Shown: piece by piece, positions 9,867 through 20,111 of the stretch
Layout of the letters: the number at the start of each line of letters is the position of its first letter
How positions within the stretch are numbered: position 1 is the first letter of the stretch
Assembly (NCBI GenBank): GCA_963804165.1
Contig: CAWDPO010000046.1
Span: 32,001 to 96,000 of the forward strand
Direction: 5' to 3'
Source of the DNA: an uncultured delta proteobacterium
GTDB lineage: Bacteria > Desulfobacterota > Binatia > UBA9968
Length of the DNA stretch: 64,000 nucleotides
Made by a program: the position numbers and the translations under genes
The notes under the pieces: generated by a model
Databases searched by the model: none
What the model was told of the DNA's origin: nothing
The model's input: only the letters and a program-made list of their open reading frames with translations

Positions 9867-10337
9867 TTGTGCATTTATCGTAAGGAACTTTAGACAAATT
9901 CGCCTGACTCATTTCCGTAATGCCGGCAGACATGAAAAAGTCGCGATTTTCATTGAGATGTCGAAAACACTTGCGTCCCGAAGAGTCAGTGCGTCTGTGC
10001 AGCTCAATTGAGCGTTCGGGCATGCTGATATTCCCGCCACATCTGAGCCACCCCTAAGTCAACCACGAGACCGGCAGGAGCGCTTAGCGATATGTTCGCT
10101 GCGATGATCTCACGCGCTCGAGAAGCCGGCCCCTCATGATTCTTAACCTTGCGCGATTTCTGCCGATAGATTCTAAACGCCAGCGCGAGTTCGCGGCGTT
10201 TCAAGGGTCACGATCAGGCCACCGCGCAATCGAAAACAGACGCGCCAAGAAATGCTAAAAATTTCCAAAATGCTCAAAAAGCGAACCGGCGCGATTCACT
10301 TACAGAGCGCTTATGATCTCGCCGGCGCGTAAGAAAT

Positions 10338-11623
10338 ATGACTCCAGAAGACTTCGGCACACAAAAGTGGATTCCCATAGGCTTGATTAGACCGGGCATG
10401 TACATCACGAGCCTGGACCGGTCTTGGCTGGAGACGCCGTTCTTTTTTCACCGCAAGCTGATTAAGAGCCTCGAAGACATCGAGTTGCTAAAAAGGCACG
10501 GCATTCGCAAGTCGTTATCGATATCACGCGGGGGTTGGACGTGGAGAGCGCGCTGGCGGTCACTGAGACCCGCGTCGCGCCGTCGATGGCGACCACGAAA
10601 ATCGCCGCGGCAACTCAAAAAGACTTGAAAACGCGCGCTCCGTCCGCCGCGGAGACCGCGTTTCGGCCATTAGCCATGGAGCTCGACGCGGCCCAACGGA
10701 TTCACGAAGAAGCGCTCGTGGCCGCGAAAAGTATTTTCGACGGAACCCGCGGCGGCGCGCCGATCCGGTGCGAAGTCACCAAGAAAATCGTCGGTGATCT
10801 TTTGACGAGCATTTCACGCTCGCCGGAGGCGAACTTGTTGCTGATGCAGATGCGCCGCTTACAGACGGATCTCTTCAGTCATGCGGTCAACGTTTGCGTG
10901 TTGTCACTGGTGGTCAGCGTCCTTGAAGAATTGGATGTCGACATCTCGGCGTTGGGGATGGGCGCATTGCTTCATGATATCGGCGAAACTCGTATTCCGC
11001 GCAACCTGCTTCGAAAAAAGGAAAACTTTACGGACTCGGAACGCCGCCTCGTCCAAGAGCATCCGAAACTTGGCGCGATGCTCTTGGAACAAAGCGAGGA
11101 AGTGCCGGCGTTGGCTCGGCAAATCGTGCTCGAGCATCACGAGCGTATCGATGGCTCAGGCTATCCCAACCGCGTTCGGGGCGCGGATGTTTCCTTTTTT
11201 AGTCAAGTTGTCGCGATCACCGATGCCTACGACGATATGCTTTCCGGCCGCAATCAGGCGATGCAGCCGCCCAACGAGGTGCTGCGGCAATTGTTCGTGC
11301 AGAGCAACGCGGGCGCGTTGGATCGGCAACTGGTCGCGCGCATCATTCGCTGCCTGGGAGTCTACCCGATCGGCAGCCTCGTTGAGCTTAGCACCGGCGA
11401 GCGCGGTATCGTCGTCGCGACCAATCGGGCGGATACTTTGAAACCCACCGTGCGGATCGTCACCACGCGCACGGGAATGAACCAGTCGAACGGTCCGGTC
11501 ATCAGCTTGGCGGACCTAAGCGCGGGGACAATGGAGCGACGCATCATCGGCGCACTCGATCCGGGACGCGAGCGCATCGATCCGATCGCGTACTTAAGAT
11601 TGGCGCAAGCCGTTGCGGGATGA
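10338..11623 (+). CDS. HD-GYP cyclic-dinucleotide phosphodiesterase with DUF3391-like N-terminus (frameshift near 10510)
   Basis: N-terminal ORF has [20 protein letters not shown]; main ORF has [33 protein letters not shown]. Confidence 0.88.
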
Positions 11624-13202
11624 GTAATATGACCTACCCCATTCCTTCGCGTGACCGGTATGATGTCGAGGATGCCGAGCGAAAAGTCATGCAGCTGCTA
11701 CTCGATGCGCTGCCATGCGCGGCAGTTTTGGTCGATCACCAGGGCAGCGTGGCAATACTCAATCAGCAAGCGGAGCTCGCTCTGGGCTGGACCGCCGCGA
11801 CGCTCGAAGGCCAATCCGCGCACGAGGCCTTCGACTGCTGCGTGGAAGACAGCTCAAATTCGCTGGAAAACTGCCCGATCGGACAAGCGTTGGCGGGCGA
11901 TCAGCTCGCGCAGACCGCTCGCATGACTATCCGCTGCCGCGGCGATCGACAGAAGCCGGTCGAATATCGCTGCACGCCGTACCCGACCGGCAGGGGGGTC
12001 GGTGTCATCCTCGCTTTCAGCGATATTACGCGCCAATTGGAAGTCGAAAAGGATTTGCGCAGTCTTGCTTCAATCGCCGAAGCGAGTCCGATTGCGATTG
12101 TCGAACTCAATGAAGACGGCAATCTTATCCATGCCAACCCCGCCATGATGGCTCTCATGGACCAATTCGGCTTCAACGACAACGTCCGGCCAATTGTCTT
12201 GCCGGCCAATATCGAGGCGCTCATCCGTGCGTGTTTGTCGACACATGCCGATGTCGGCGGCATCGAAGTGTGTGTTCGGGATCACTACTATGAATGGAAG
12301 CTGGTGCCGGTGTCGGGCGAACGGATGGTGCGCGGTTATGGCGTCGATCTGACCGCACGTAAGCGCGTTGAACTGGAACTCCTGCGCGCCAAGCTCGAAG
12401 CCGACGCGGCGAACATCGCCAAGTCGGAGTTTCTCGCCAATATGAGTCATGAAATCCGCACGCCGATAAACGGTGTCGTCGGTATGGCGGAGCTGCTGGT
12501 GGAAAGCGAGCTCGACGACGAACAGCTCGAATACGCGAAGACGATCCAATCCTGCGCAGAGTCCTTGCTGCTTGTGATCGAAGAGGTCCTCAACATAGCG
12601 GAGTTGGACTCGGGCAAGATGACGGTGGCGAAAACCACCTTCGACGTGGCCGATTTTTTGAATCAAGCGACCGCGCCATTTCGGCGCCGGGCTAAAGAAA
12701 AAGGGCTGCAATTTGATGTTTCGGTCGCCAGTACCGTTCCCCGGTCGGTGCATTGTGATCGCCGCCGTGTCGGGCAAGTGTTGGGTAACTTGGTGAGCAA
12801 CGCGATAAAGTTACCGAACAAGGCCAGGTCGTCGTCGAAGTCGTTTGGCAGACAAGGTCAACGCAAACCGGTCAAGCCGAAGAGAACACCCGGTGGACCG
12901 TCGCGGAAAGTCTCTATTTCTCGATCCGCGATACCGGCATCGGGATCGCTCCCGAGAAACAAAGCGTTATTTTTGATTGCTTCACGCAAGCGGATAATTC
13001 GAGCACTCGACGTTACGGCGGAACGGGCTTGGGTCTGACGATTGCGAATCGGTTGGTCGAGCTGATGGGCGGTTCCATCGGCGTCGCGAGCGAGCCGGGG
13101 AAGGGCAGTAGTTTCTGGTTTACGTTACCGATCCAAGACGAAAGCAAAGTAGCCGGCGCCGGTGATGGTGAGTCTCTGCAAAACCGCTTAAGCCAATCCT
13201 AG
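11620..13202 (+). CDS. PAS-PAS sensor histidine kinase (frameshift near 12812)
   Basis: H-box [16 protein letters not shown] and N-box NLVSNAIK; the alternate frame continues [27 protein letters not shown] to TAG 13200-13202. ATGA overlap with the HD-GYP stop. Confidence 0.9.
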
Positions 13203-13212
13203 TCACTGTTCA

Positions 13213-15084
13213 TCACTCCGCCAAGGCGCGGATCTCGGCATCGGCGCGGCGTAGACGAGCGGAAAGCTCCCGTCCAATGTTAAAAATTAGTTTGCTTTGT
13301 ATTTCCGGATGGCTGCGCGCCAAAGTATCGAGCTTGGCGGTCGGCAGGACGTAACAAAGCGTCGGCTCGTCGGCGATCACGTCGGCCGAACGGGTACCGC
13401 CGTCCAGTAGCGCCAAATCTCCAAATGCCAGTCCGGGCGTGAGCGTGCTTAGACGCTGCCGCCTCGAGCCGGTTTTTATATTCAAGCAGATGCTCACCCG
13501 GCCCGCAGCCAAGAGATAGAGTGAGTCGGCGACATCGCCTTCCCGAATGATCGTTTCTCCCGCAGAGTAGCGCAATTCTTTCAAGATTGACTCGACGAGA
13601 CCAATCTCTTGCCCGCTGAAACCGGCAAGGATATCCATTTCAGACAGCGGAACTTGGCGACCCTCGCGTAGGAGCTCGGGTCGCTCCTGGTGCAGCAGCT
13701 GATCTTCGCACCATTCTAAGGCCGAATCGATATCGGCAAACAGGCTTTCCAACTGCCATTTGCTTTGTCCGCTATCGGCGAAGAGTTCGACGCAACTCTC
13801 CGGTAAGTGAGTCAGCAGGAGCGTCTTGTTCTGCAGCTTCAGCACGCTGTGCATCTGGGCCAACAGAGTCACCGCACATTCGTCGATTTGCAGCACCCGC
13901 TTCAGGTCAACGATCAGAAACGAAAAGGAGTCGATCTCGCTGGCGATCTGTCTGAGTACTTGCTCCACGGTACTAAAGAAAAGATTTCCTTGAAGCTCGT
14001 AAACGCAAATCGTTGAACCCTTTTGGGCTAGGATCGATTCCTGAGCGCTGCCGCGACGCCGTTTCGAGCGCACCGTGATCGCCCGATAGCTCCGCCGAAC
14101 CACGACTGAGGTGGTGAAGCGAGTCTTGAACATGTGCAGCTTGAAACGCTCCGAAAGCTCTTCGCAGACCTGGATTCCGCGGCAGCTGTTTCCTTGGTCA
14201 TCCAGCGGTGCTGAGAAAGTTCCGATGCCGAACTGGCCTGGAAGCACGGCGATAATCCCGCCGCCGACGCCGCTTTTGGCCGGCAGACCGATACGGTAGC
14301 TCCATTCGCCGGCGTAGTCGTACATGCCGCAGCCGTGCATCACGCTGAGGACGTTTTTGACATGCTGCTCCTCGAGGGCGCGTTTGCCGGTAAGCGGGTT
14401 GATGCCGTTATTGGCGAGAGTTGCCGCCATGACCGCGAGGTCGCGCGCGCCGACCAGGATCGAGCATTGTTCGAAGTAGAGATCGAGATGTTCGTCGACC
14501 GGCTCATCGATCATGCCGAAGTTGAGCTCGAGATAACCGATGGCCCGGTTGCGGTGGCCGGTGGTGCGCTCGGAAACATAAACGGCGTGGTCGATCTCGA
14601 TGTCTCTTCCTGCGAGATCCGAGAACATGCGGAGCAGGCGGGCTAGGCGTTGATCATGGCCCTTTCCCTTGATCAGAGCGGTCGTGGCGATGGCACCGGC
14701 GTTGACCATAGGATTGAACGGCCGGTTGCGGCGCTCGTCGAAGATGATGGAGTTAAACGCTTCGCCGGTCGGCTCGACGCCGACCTTGCCCAGCACGTAG
14801 TCGACCCCATGGTCTTCGAGTGCGAGGCCATAAACAAACGGTTTCGAAATCGACTGGATGGTAAACAGGTGATCGGCGTCGCCGACCTCGTATATCTGAC
14901 CGTCGGCGCTAACCAGCGCGATGCCGAACAAACTCGGATCTGCTTTAGCCAACTCGGGGATATAGGTTGCGATCTTGCCGCAGAAGTTTTGTTGGTATTT
15001 GGCGTGAATTTCCTTAAGCTCAGCGAGGATTGGAGAGACCTCGGTGCTTTGATAGTCAATGGCTGGCGCTAATTTCGGTTGCAT
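13213..15084 (-). CDS. glsA: Glutaminase A fused to STAS and cNMP-binding domains
   Basis: YIPELA, FTIQSISK, EPTGEAFN, NPMVNAGA, PAKSGVGGG; then LQGNLFF...VDLKRV (STAS) and IIREGD...FGDLALLDGGTRSADV (cNMP). Confidence 0.93.
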   Translation of the reverse strand: MQPKLAPAIDYQSTEVSPILAELKEIHAKYQQNFCGKIATYIPELAKADPSLFGIALVSADGQIYEVGDADHLFTIQSISKPFVYGLALEDHGVDYVLGKVGVEPTGEAFNSIIFDERRNRPFNPMVNAGAIATTALIKGKGHDQRLARLLRMFSDLAGRDIEIDHAVYVSERTTGHRNRAIGYLELNFGMIDEPVDEHLDLYFEQCSILVGARDLAVMAATLANNGINPLTGKRALEEQHVKNVLSVMHGCGMYDYAGEWSYRIGLPAKSGVGGGIIAVLPGQFGIGTFSAPLDDQGNSCRGIQVCEELSERFKLHMFKTRFTTSVVVRRSYRAITVRSKRRRGSAQESILAQKGSTICVYELQGNLFFSTVEQVLRQIASEIDSFSFLIVDLKRVLQIDECAVTLLAQMHSVLKLQNKTLLLTHLPESCVELFADSGQSKWQLESLFADIDSALEWCEDQLLHQERPELLREGRQVPLSEMDILAGFSGQEIGLVESILKELRYSAGETIIREGDVADSLYLLAAGRVSICLNIKTGSRRQRLSTLTPGLAFGDLALLDGGTRSADVIADEPTLCYVLPTAKLDTLARSHPEIQSKLIFNIGRELSARLRRADAEIRALAE

Positions 15085-15173
15085 CTGAGTCAAAACGTCA
15101 GTCGTCCTATGCGATTGCGGATCAATACTGAGTGTCCAACCGTGAACAGCTCGGGCAAAGCTTCGCCCAATAA

Positions 15174-15190
15174 AGCACTCTTCATGCCAG
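15174..15190 (-). promoter_or_regulatory. Putative sigma-54 (-24/-12) promoter for glsA
   Basis: Minus strand CTGGCATGAAGAGTGCT has GG-N10-GC spacing, about 90 bp upstream of the likely start. Confidence 0.5.
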
Positions 15191-15451
15191 TAATGCACAA
15201 GCTTGGTCGTCGAAAATTAGCTAGTAATTGTCGTGAAGCGCGAAGCGGCGAGAGCGGTCGCGGAACACCGTTGTGTATTTCTTAAGCACAGGGCTGGCGT
15301 AAATTTAGGCAAAGGTACAATCTGGCCGCGACCGGTGGAGCCAATGAGAATGGCCGCGCTACGCGTGAGTCCGGTAAGCGACAATGGCTGCCGGCGGGTC
15401 GATTGTGAGCTGTGGTGGATGCGCTGCTGTGGAGAGTTTAGCGCGGAAACC

Positions 15452-15808
15452 CTACCGCGGTGATCTGATTTCCAATTCCAGGCCGTTTGGATCTTTCACG
15501 AAGATCGTGGTGAGCTTACCGTCACCGTCTCGATTTTCGCGCAGGATCTCGGCGCCTTTTTCCTTGAATTCTTTCGCAACCTGATCGATATCGTCGGTCA
15601 CATAGCCGTAATGATGAACGCCGACTTGGCCGGCGGATTCCATCAGTTGTATCGACGGCGCGCCGGCGATTCTCACGAAACAGAACCCATAGCCAGCGCT
15701 GCCTTTTCTGATGGGTGTAGCGTGGCCGCCGAAGAATTTTTCGTAGTATTTGATCGACTCGGCGATGTCCTTGGTGTAAATGGCGACATGCTCCAGTTGA
15801 TAATTCAT
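15452..15808 (-). CDS. VOC/glyoxalase family protein
   Basis: LEHVAI, IQLME, VHHYG, DPNGLELEI. Confidence 0.9.
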   Translation of the reverse strand: MNYQLEHVAIYTKDIAESIKYYEKFFGGHATPIRKGSAGYGFCFVRIAGAPSIQLMESAGQVGVHHYGYVTDDIDQVAKEFKEKGAEILRENRDGDGKLTTIFVKDPNGLELEIRSPR

Positions 15809-15851
15809 CGAAATCTCCCTCTGAGATCTGCGGCCGATCTTTTTCGTCAGC

Positions 15852-16937
15852 TCAACTCAAATTGATGACGGCTTTCACCACCGAGTAGCTCGCCATCGCC
15901 GCCATCGCTTCATTGATTTGATCGAGCGGGTAACTCTTGCTGATCATTTCCTCGAAAGGAAAAGTTTTTCTGCGTGTGGCGAGAAAGTCGATGGCTTGCA
16001 GCCAGTGACGCGGCTCGGCGGAGCGCACGGTGATGAAAAGCATTTCCTGCGGTATTTTTTCCACGGCGATGTTCGCCTTGCCGCCGGCGCCGATGTTCAA
16101 GTAGCGGCCGCCGCCGCGCAGCAGGGTGAGGCCTTCGGGCACCGCCATGTTGTTGGCGACTTGAATGACGACATCGGCGCCACGGCCGTCGGTGTGGTCG
16201 CGCACCCACTTGCGCCGGTCTTTTTCATCCGTGACTTCTTCGAGATTGAGCACAGCATCCGCGCCCATACGCTTGGTGACTTCCAGACGGTTCGACGGGG
16301 CGCCGATGACCAGCACCTTCTTGGCGCCGTGATCTTTGGCCACCGCGGTGGCGAAGTTGCCGAGCGGGCCACTGCCCTGGATGACCACGGTCTCGTGGCT
16401 TTTGAGCGCGCCCAAGCGGTCGAAGCCGTGCATTACAGTGCGATAGGCGCAGGCCGAGGCCGCCGCCGATGCGGAGGAAACGTCATCGGGAACTTTGATG
16501 ATCAGACATTCTTTGGGCACGTACATGTACTCGGCGCAGCTGCCGAGGAGATACGGATGCTGGTCGCTGCGGTTGTGTCCCCAGGAGGCGCGGCCCGGGC
16601 AGATGCACGGTTGCAACGCCACGGCGCAGTAATAGCAAGATCCGCAGGCGACGTAGCTCCATACGATTCTGTCGCCGCGCTTCACCGGGTTGCCGAGGAT
16701 ATCGGTGCGCTCGCCGGCGATGTCTTCGACATAGCCGCAGGGCTCGTGACCCGTGATGATCGGCAGCGTATCGCCGTCACTGAGCGGGCCGTGCCAGCGA
16801 TGCACGTCGGTGCCGCAAAGCGTGGAGGCGGTGATCTTGATCAGCAACGATCCAGGGTCGAGCTTGGGGATCGGCACCTGCTGTATCGTCAACGGCTTGT
16901 TATGTTCGGTGATAACAGCGGCGCGACAGGTATCCAT
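15852..16937 (-). CDS. Zinc-dependent medium-chain alcohol dehydrogenase
   Basis: LCGTDVH, GHE, CGSCYYC...C structural Zn site, QGSGPLG. Confidence 0.93.
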   Translation of the reverse strand: MDTCRAAVITEHNKPLTIQQVPIPKLDPGSLLIKITASTLCGTDVHRWHGPLSDGDTLPIITGHEPCGYVEDIAGERTDILGNPVKRGDRIVWSYVACGSCYYCAVALQPCICPGRASWGHNRSDQHPYLLGSCAEYMYVPKECLIIKVPDDVSSASAAASACAYRTVMHGFDRLGALKSHETVVIQGSGPLGNFATAVAKDHGAKKVLVIGAPSNRLEVTKRMGADAVLNLEEVTDEKDRRKWVRDHTDGRGADVVIQVANNMAVPEGLTLLRGGGRYLNIGAGGKANIAVEKIPQEMLFITVRSAEPRHWLQAIDFLATRRKTFPFEEMISKSYPLDQINEAMAAMASYSVVKAVINLS

Positions 16938-16989
16938 AGCAATTCCTCATCATTCGCTAACGTAAGTTATCCTCTTACACGGCTGGAGC

Positions 16990-17045
16990 GACTGGAACGG
17001 TTCCAATGGTTCCAAAAGTTCCAACGGTTCCAGTTGTTCGAATCG
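16990..17045. repeat. Degenerate 9-bp tandem repeat (GTTCCA core)
   Basis: ggttccaatggttccaaaagttccaacggttccagttgttcgaa. Confidence 0.65.
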
Positions 17046-17067
17046 TCGCATTGGGATATCTGTTGAT

Positions 17068-18153
17068 CTATAGCGGCAGCTTGTAAAACGTTTCGGCGTT
17101 GCGCCACAACATGGCCGCTTTGTCGTCGTCGGTAATCTCGTCACTTTCCAACAGCTCGCTCAGATCGTGCTTGCAGCTCTCGTGGGTCACTTCGTGCGGA
17201 AAATCGGACGAATAGAGAAACGGCTTGTTACCGACAGTCTTAATGGCGAATGGCATCGTTAGTTCTTCGGTCTCGATGCCCAGGTATAAGCGATCTTCGT
17301 TGATCAGTTTCTTTAGGTAACGGCTCGGTTCTTCGCCTTCGCGGATGCCAAACTCGCCGAACGGGATATGTTGAAAGTGTGTCTCATGCGACGCGTGTAG
17401 CCGTTCGAGCAAAAGGAGCAACCAGGCGCTGCCGCCCTCGAGGAACGCGATGCGTACGCGCGGGAAACGATCAAAGATGCCGTTATAAAGGATGTCCGCG
17501 CAGCTGATCGTGAGACCCCAGGGATGGCCTAGGGCGTGCACCGGCACGTACATGTTCATATGATCCATGCCGAAGCGGTCGTGTGCGCCGCCGTGAACCG
17601 CCAGGCAGCAGCCCAGCGTGTTGGCTTCTTCATAAATCGGCCAGTACATCTTCGAGCCGAGCGGATGAGCGAGTCCGTTGGACGGCATCATCGCGCCGAG
17701 CATGCCGAGCTCCGTCACGGCGCGCCGCAATTCTTTCGCGGCTTCCTGCGGGTCTTGCATCGGCAGGATCGCCATCCCGTTAAAGCGCGGATTGAACTTG
17801 ACGTAGGTTTCGTGCAGCCAATCGTTGTAAGCCTTGGAGACTGAGACGGCGTAATCGAGGCTGACGATTTTGCCGTAGGCGAGCGCTGTAGTTGGATAGA
17901 GCACCGTCCATTCGATGCCAACGTCGTCGAGAAATTCGAGCCAACCTTGAGGCCCCACGGGCGCGCGTTGGTCGCGCTGCGGCGGCGTTTCCACCGCCCT
18001 TCCGCTATGCAAGTGGTCCAATGGCGGGAAGACCACGCCCTTTCGCGCGGCGATGTCCCGATAGGGAGATTCCATGTGCGCGATGATGGCCGCGTTGTCC
18101 TCAAAAATATGGCCGTCGCCGTCGATGATTCGGCTGCTGAGTTTGGCTGACAT
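17068..18153 (-). CDS. Amidohydrolase_2 family metallo-enzyme
   Basis: IIDGDGH, LYPT, AYNDW, AVH, FLEGGSAW, SSDFPH. Confidence 0.92.
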   Translation of the reverse strand: MSAKLSSRIIDGDGHIFEDNAAIIAHMESPYRDIAARKGVVFPPLDHLHSGRAVETPPQRDQRAPVGPQGWLEFLDDVGIEWTVLYPTTALAYGKIVSLDYAVSVSKAYNDWLHETYVKFNPRFNGMAILPMQDPQEAAKELRRAVTELGMLGAMMPSNGLAHPLGSKMYWPIYEEANTLGCCLAVHGGAHDRFGMDHMNMYVPVHALGHPWGLTISCADILYNGIFDRFPRVRIAFLEGGSAWLLLLLERLHASHETHFQHIPFGEFGIREGEEPSRYLKKLINEDRLYLGIETEELTMPFAIKTVGNKPFLYSSDFPHEVTHESCKHDLSELLESDEITDDDKAAMLWRNAETFYKLPL

Positions 18154-18414
18154 TCTCCGATACCTCCAGGCGCGTTAAGTAGTGTCGTGATTCGATACCA
18201 TCCCCTTTATAGTCTGACTTTTGCGAGCGGATCAAGCCGCAGCGCGGGTTGAACTACGCCGATGCTTGAAAATTGAATCGTCATTTTCGTTGCAGGCTGG
18301 AATTGGGCTGTTTTTCTAGTTTAAAATAAAATACAGTGAGCGCTTATTTCGGCTTGGTGGTATTGCAAGCCGACGAATAGAAAACCGCAAACTGACTGAA
18401 TTCTGGGAGGCGAT

Positions 18415-18666
18415 ATGGCGGAAGAAACAGCGGAACAAAAACTAGCTCGTCTGGAAGCGGAAAACAAAACGTTGAAAGAGCAGATCGAGCGCAAGCCCGG
18501 CCAGCTGCGTTTGAAGGTCAGCGAAAAAGGCGGGTTGTCTGTCTATGGATTGGGCAGATTCCCCGTCACCCTCTACAAAGAACAGTGGACGAGGCTGCTC
18601 GATCATGGCGATGAAATCAAGAAATTTCTCCAGGAGAACGACCAACAATTGAAGGCGAAGCAATAG
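18415..18666 (+). CDS. Small conserved hypothetical protein (coiled coil plus KVSEKG...GRFPVTLYKEQW domain)
   Basis: Strong RBS GGAGG; protein-like composition. Confidence 0.85.
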   Translation: MAEETAEQKLARLEAENKTLKEQIERKPGQLRLKVSEKGGLSVYGLGRFPVTLYKEQWTRLLDHGDEIKKFLQENDQQLKAKQ

Positions 18667-18736
18667 TGATTTGATGTGACTGCGGCCTTGTTCGGGTTTA
18701 GCCCGGCGTTGTCCAATCGCAGCAGCCCGTCTCGCA

Positions 18737-19666
18737 TTATCTCGCCGGAGCGTAGAAGGTTTCTAATAGCCGTCGGCGCATGGTCTCTTCGCCTCCCGGG
18801 AGCGGGTCGAACTTAGTCGTGTTGTCGGCGTTCTGGAGAATTTTTCGGCCTTCCCCGTCCTCGTGCATCGCCTGTAAAAGCCCGGCGAGACGTTCGGCTG
18901 CCTGCGTCGCCAGATCCTTGCGTACCGAGACCAGATGGCGCGGCAGCAACTCTGTCTGAGCGAGTATAGTGAGCTGCGTTTTCTTTTTACCGTCGAGCGC
19001 GGCGAAGTCGTCATCGCTGATCGTGACGGCGGCTACCTGTTTCGCGAAAATCATTTCGTACAGTCGATCCAGACCGTTGGCAAAAACGTAGCCGATTTCT
19101 GCCGCGCCGGCTTGCGCCCCGGGTCCGGACACTTGCGCGAGCTTGAAGCCGTTTCTCTGCAGAAACAACTTCGGCAAAAAGTAGCCGGACGTGGACTCGG
19201 GGTCTTCGAAGCCGATAATCTTGCCGCGCAGGTGATCAAGGCGGTTGATACCGCTGTCTTTGGTGGTGGCAATCAAGCTGCGGTACTCCGCCATGCCGCT
19301 CTTCCAGCGCCGCAATAAGAGCTTGCCGGCGCCGTGAACCTGGTTGACGACGTAAGTCGGGTAGGGGCTCTCGAAATAAAAATCGATCTTTCTTTGTTCG
19401 AGAAGCTTGGCCAGGTCGCTCAATGTCGAGACGATCAGCACTTTTCCCTCGGCATCCGAAGCGGTGAAAAATTTGCGCGACACGTAAGCGACAAAATCGC
19501 GGAAATGTTCCTCGATCTCGCGCTGGTGCGATGCGGAGACGATCCCCAGCGTGATGCTATTTGTCGGAATTTGATTCGCTGTTTGAGCGGCGGCGTTCGA
19601 ACCAAACATCGCGCTGAACAAGTAAACAACCGCCAGCACAGAAAAGATTGCCGAGTAGTGTTTCAT
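18737..19666 (-). CDS. PhnD-like phosphate/phosphite/phosphonate-binding protein
   Basis: Signal peptide; EYRSLI; DPESTSGYFLP; RBS GGAG. Confidence 0.88.
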   Translation of the reverse strand: MKHYSAIFSVLAVVYLFSAMFGSNAAAQTANQIPTNSITLGIVSASHQREIEEHFRDFVAYVSRKFFTASDAEGKVLIVSTLSDLAKLLEQRKIDFYFESPYPTYVVNQVHGAGKLLLRRWKSGMAEYRSLIATTKDSGINRLDHLRGKIIGFEDPESTSGYFLPKLFLQRNGFKLAQVSGPGAQAGAAEIGYVFANGLDRLYEMIFAKQVAAVTISDDDFAALDGKKKTQLTILAQTELLPRHLVSVRKDLATQAAERLAGLLQAMHEDGEGRKILQNADNTTKFDPLPGGEETMRRRLLETFYAPAR

Positions 19667-20111
19667 GGACTCTCCAAAGCGGCCCGAAGACTCCTCATGT
19701 TCCTACCCAACCGCGGCCGCCTTGGCAAGAACAAAGAGCAAATGCGGCGACGCGGCCAATCTGTTTCGTAGGTAGAACGAGGGCGATTTTTGATTGAAAT
19801 CCTGTCGAATCCAGTGCCGCTGTTGATCCTCGCGGTTCGTTGCTGACATATGTGGATACCGGCACTCAGAGATCTTTTCGTTGGCGTAACGGCGGCGTTT
19901 GCGCTTTGAACAGTCCTTCGGACTCCGCATTTGGGGCGCGGTCCTGCCGGCCCTTTTCTACTCCAGGGTAAATCCTGTAAACTCGGCGTATTTTGGAGTA
20001 TAAAATTTTCCGGGGAATTTCTTTGGCAAAATCCCGTCCGTAGAGGTAAAATACCTGGTCTCGGTCGGCGCAGCCCGATTGAGTCATGACCTCTGCATAA
20101 CATGCGAACGC

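Noticed and set aside
19670-20110. Possible ncRNA in the long gap between the PhnD-like and coiled-coil genes
   Set aside because: No recognisable tRNA, riboswitch or terminator-bounded structure; more likely divergent promoter DNA.
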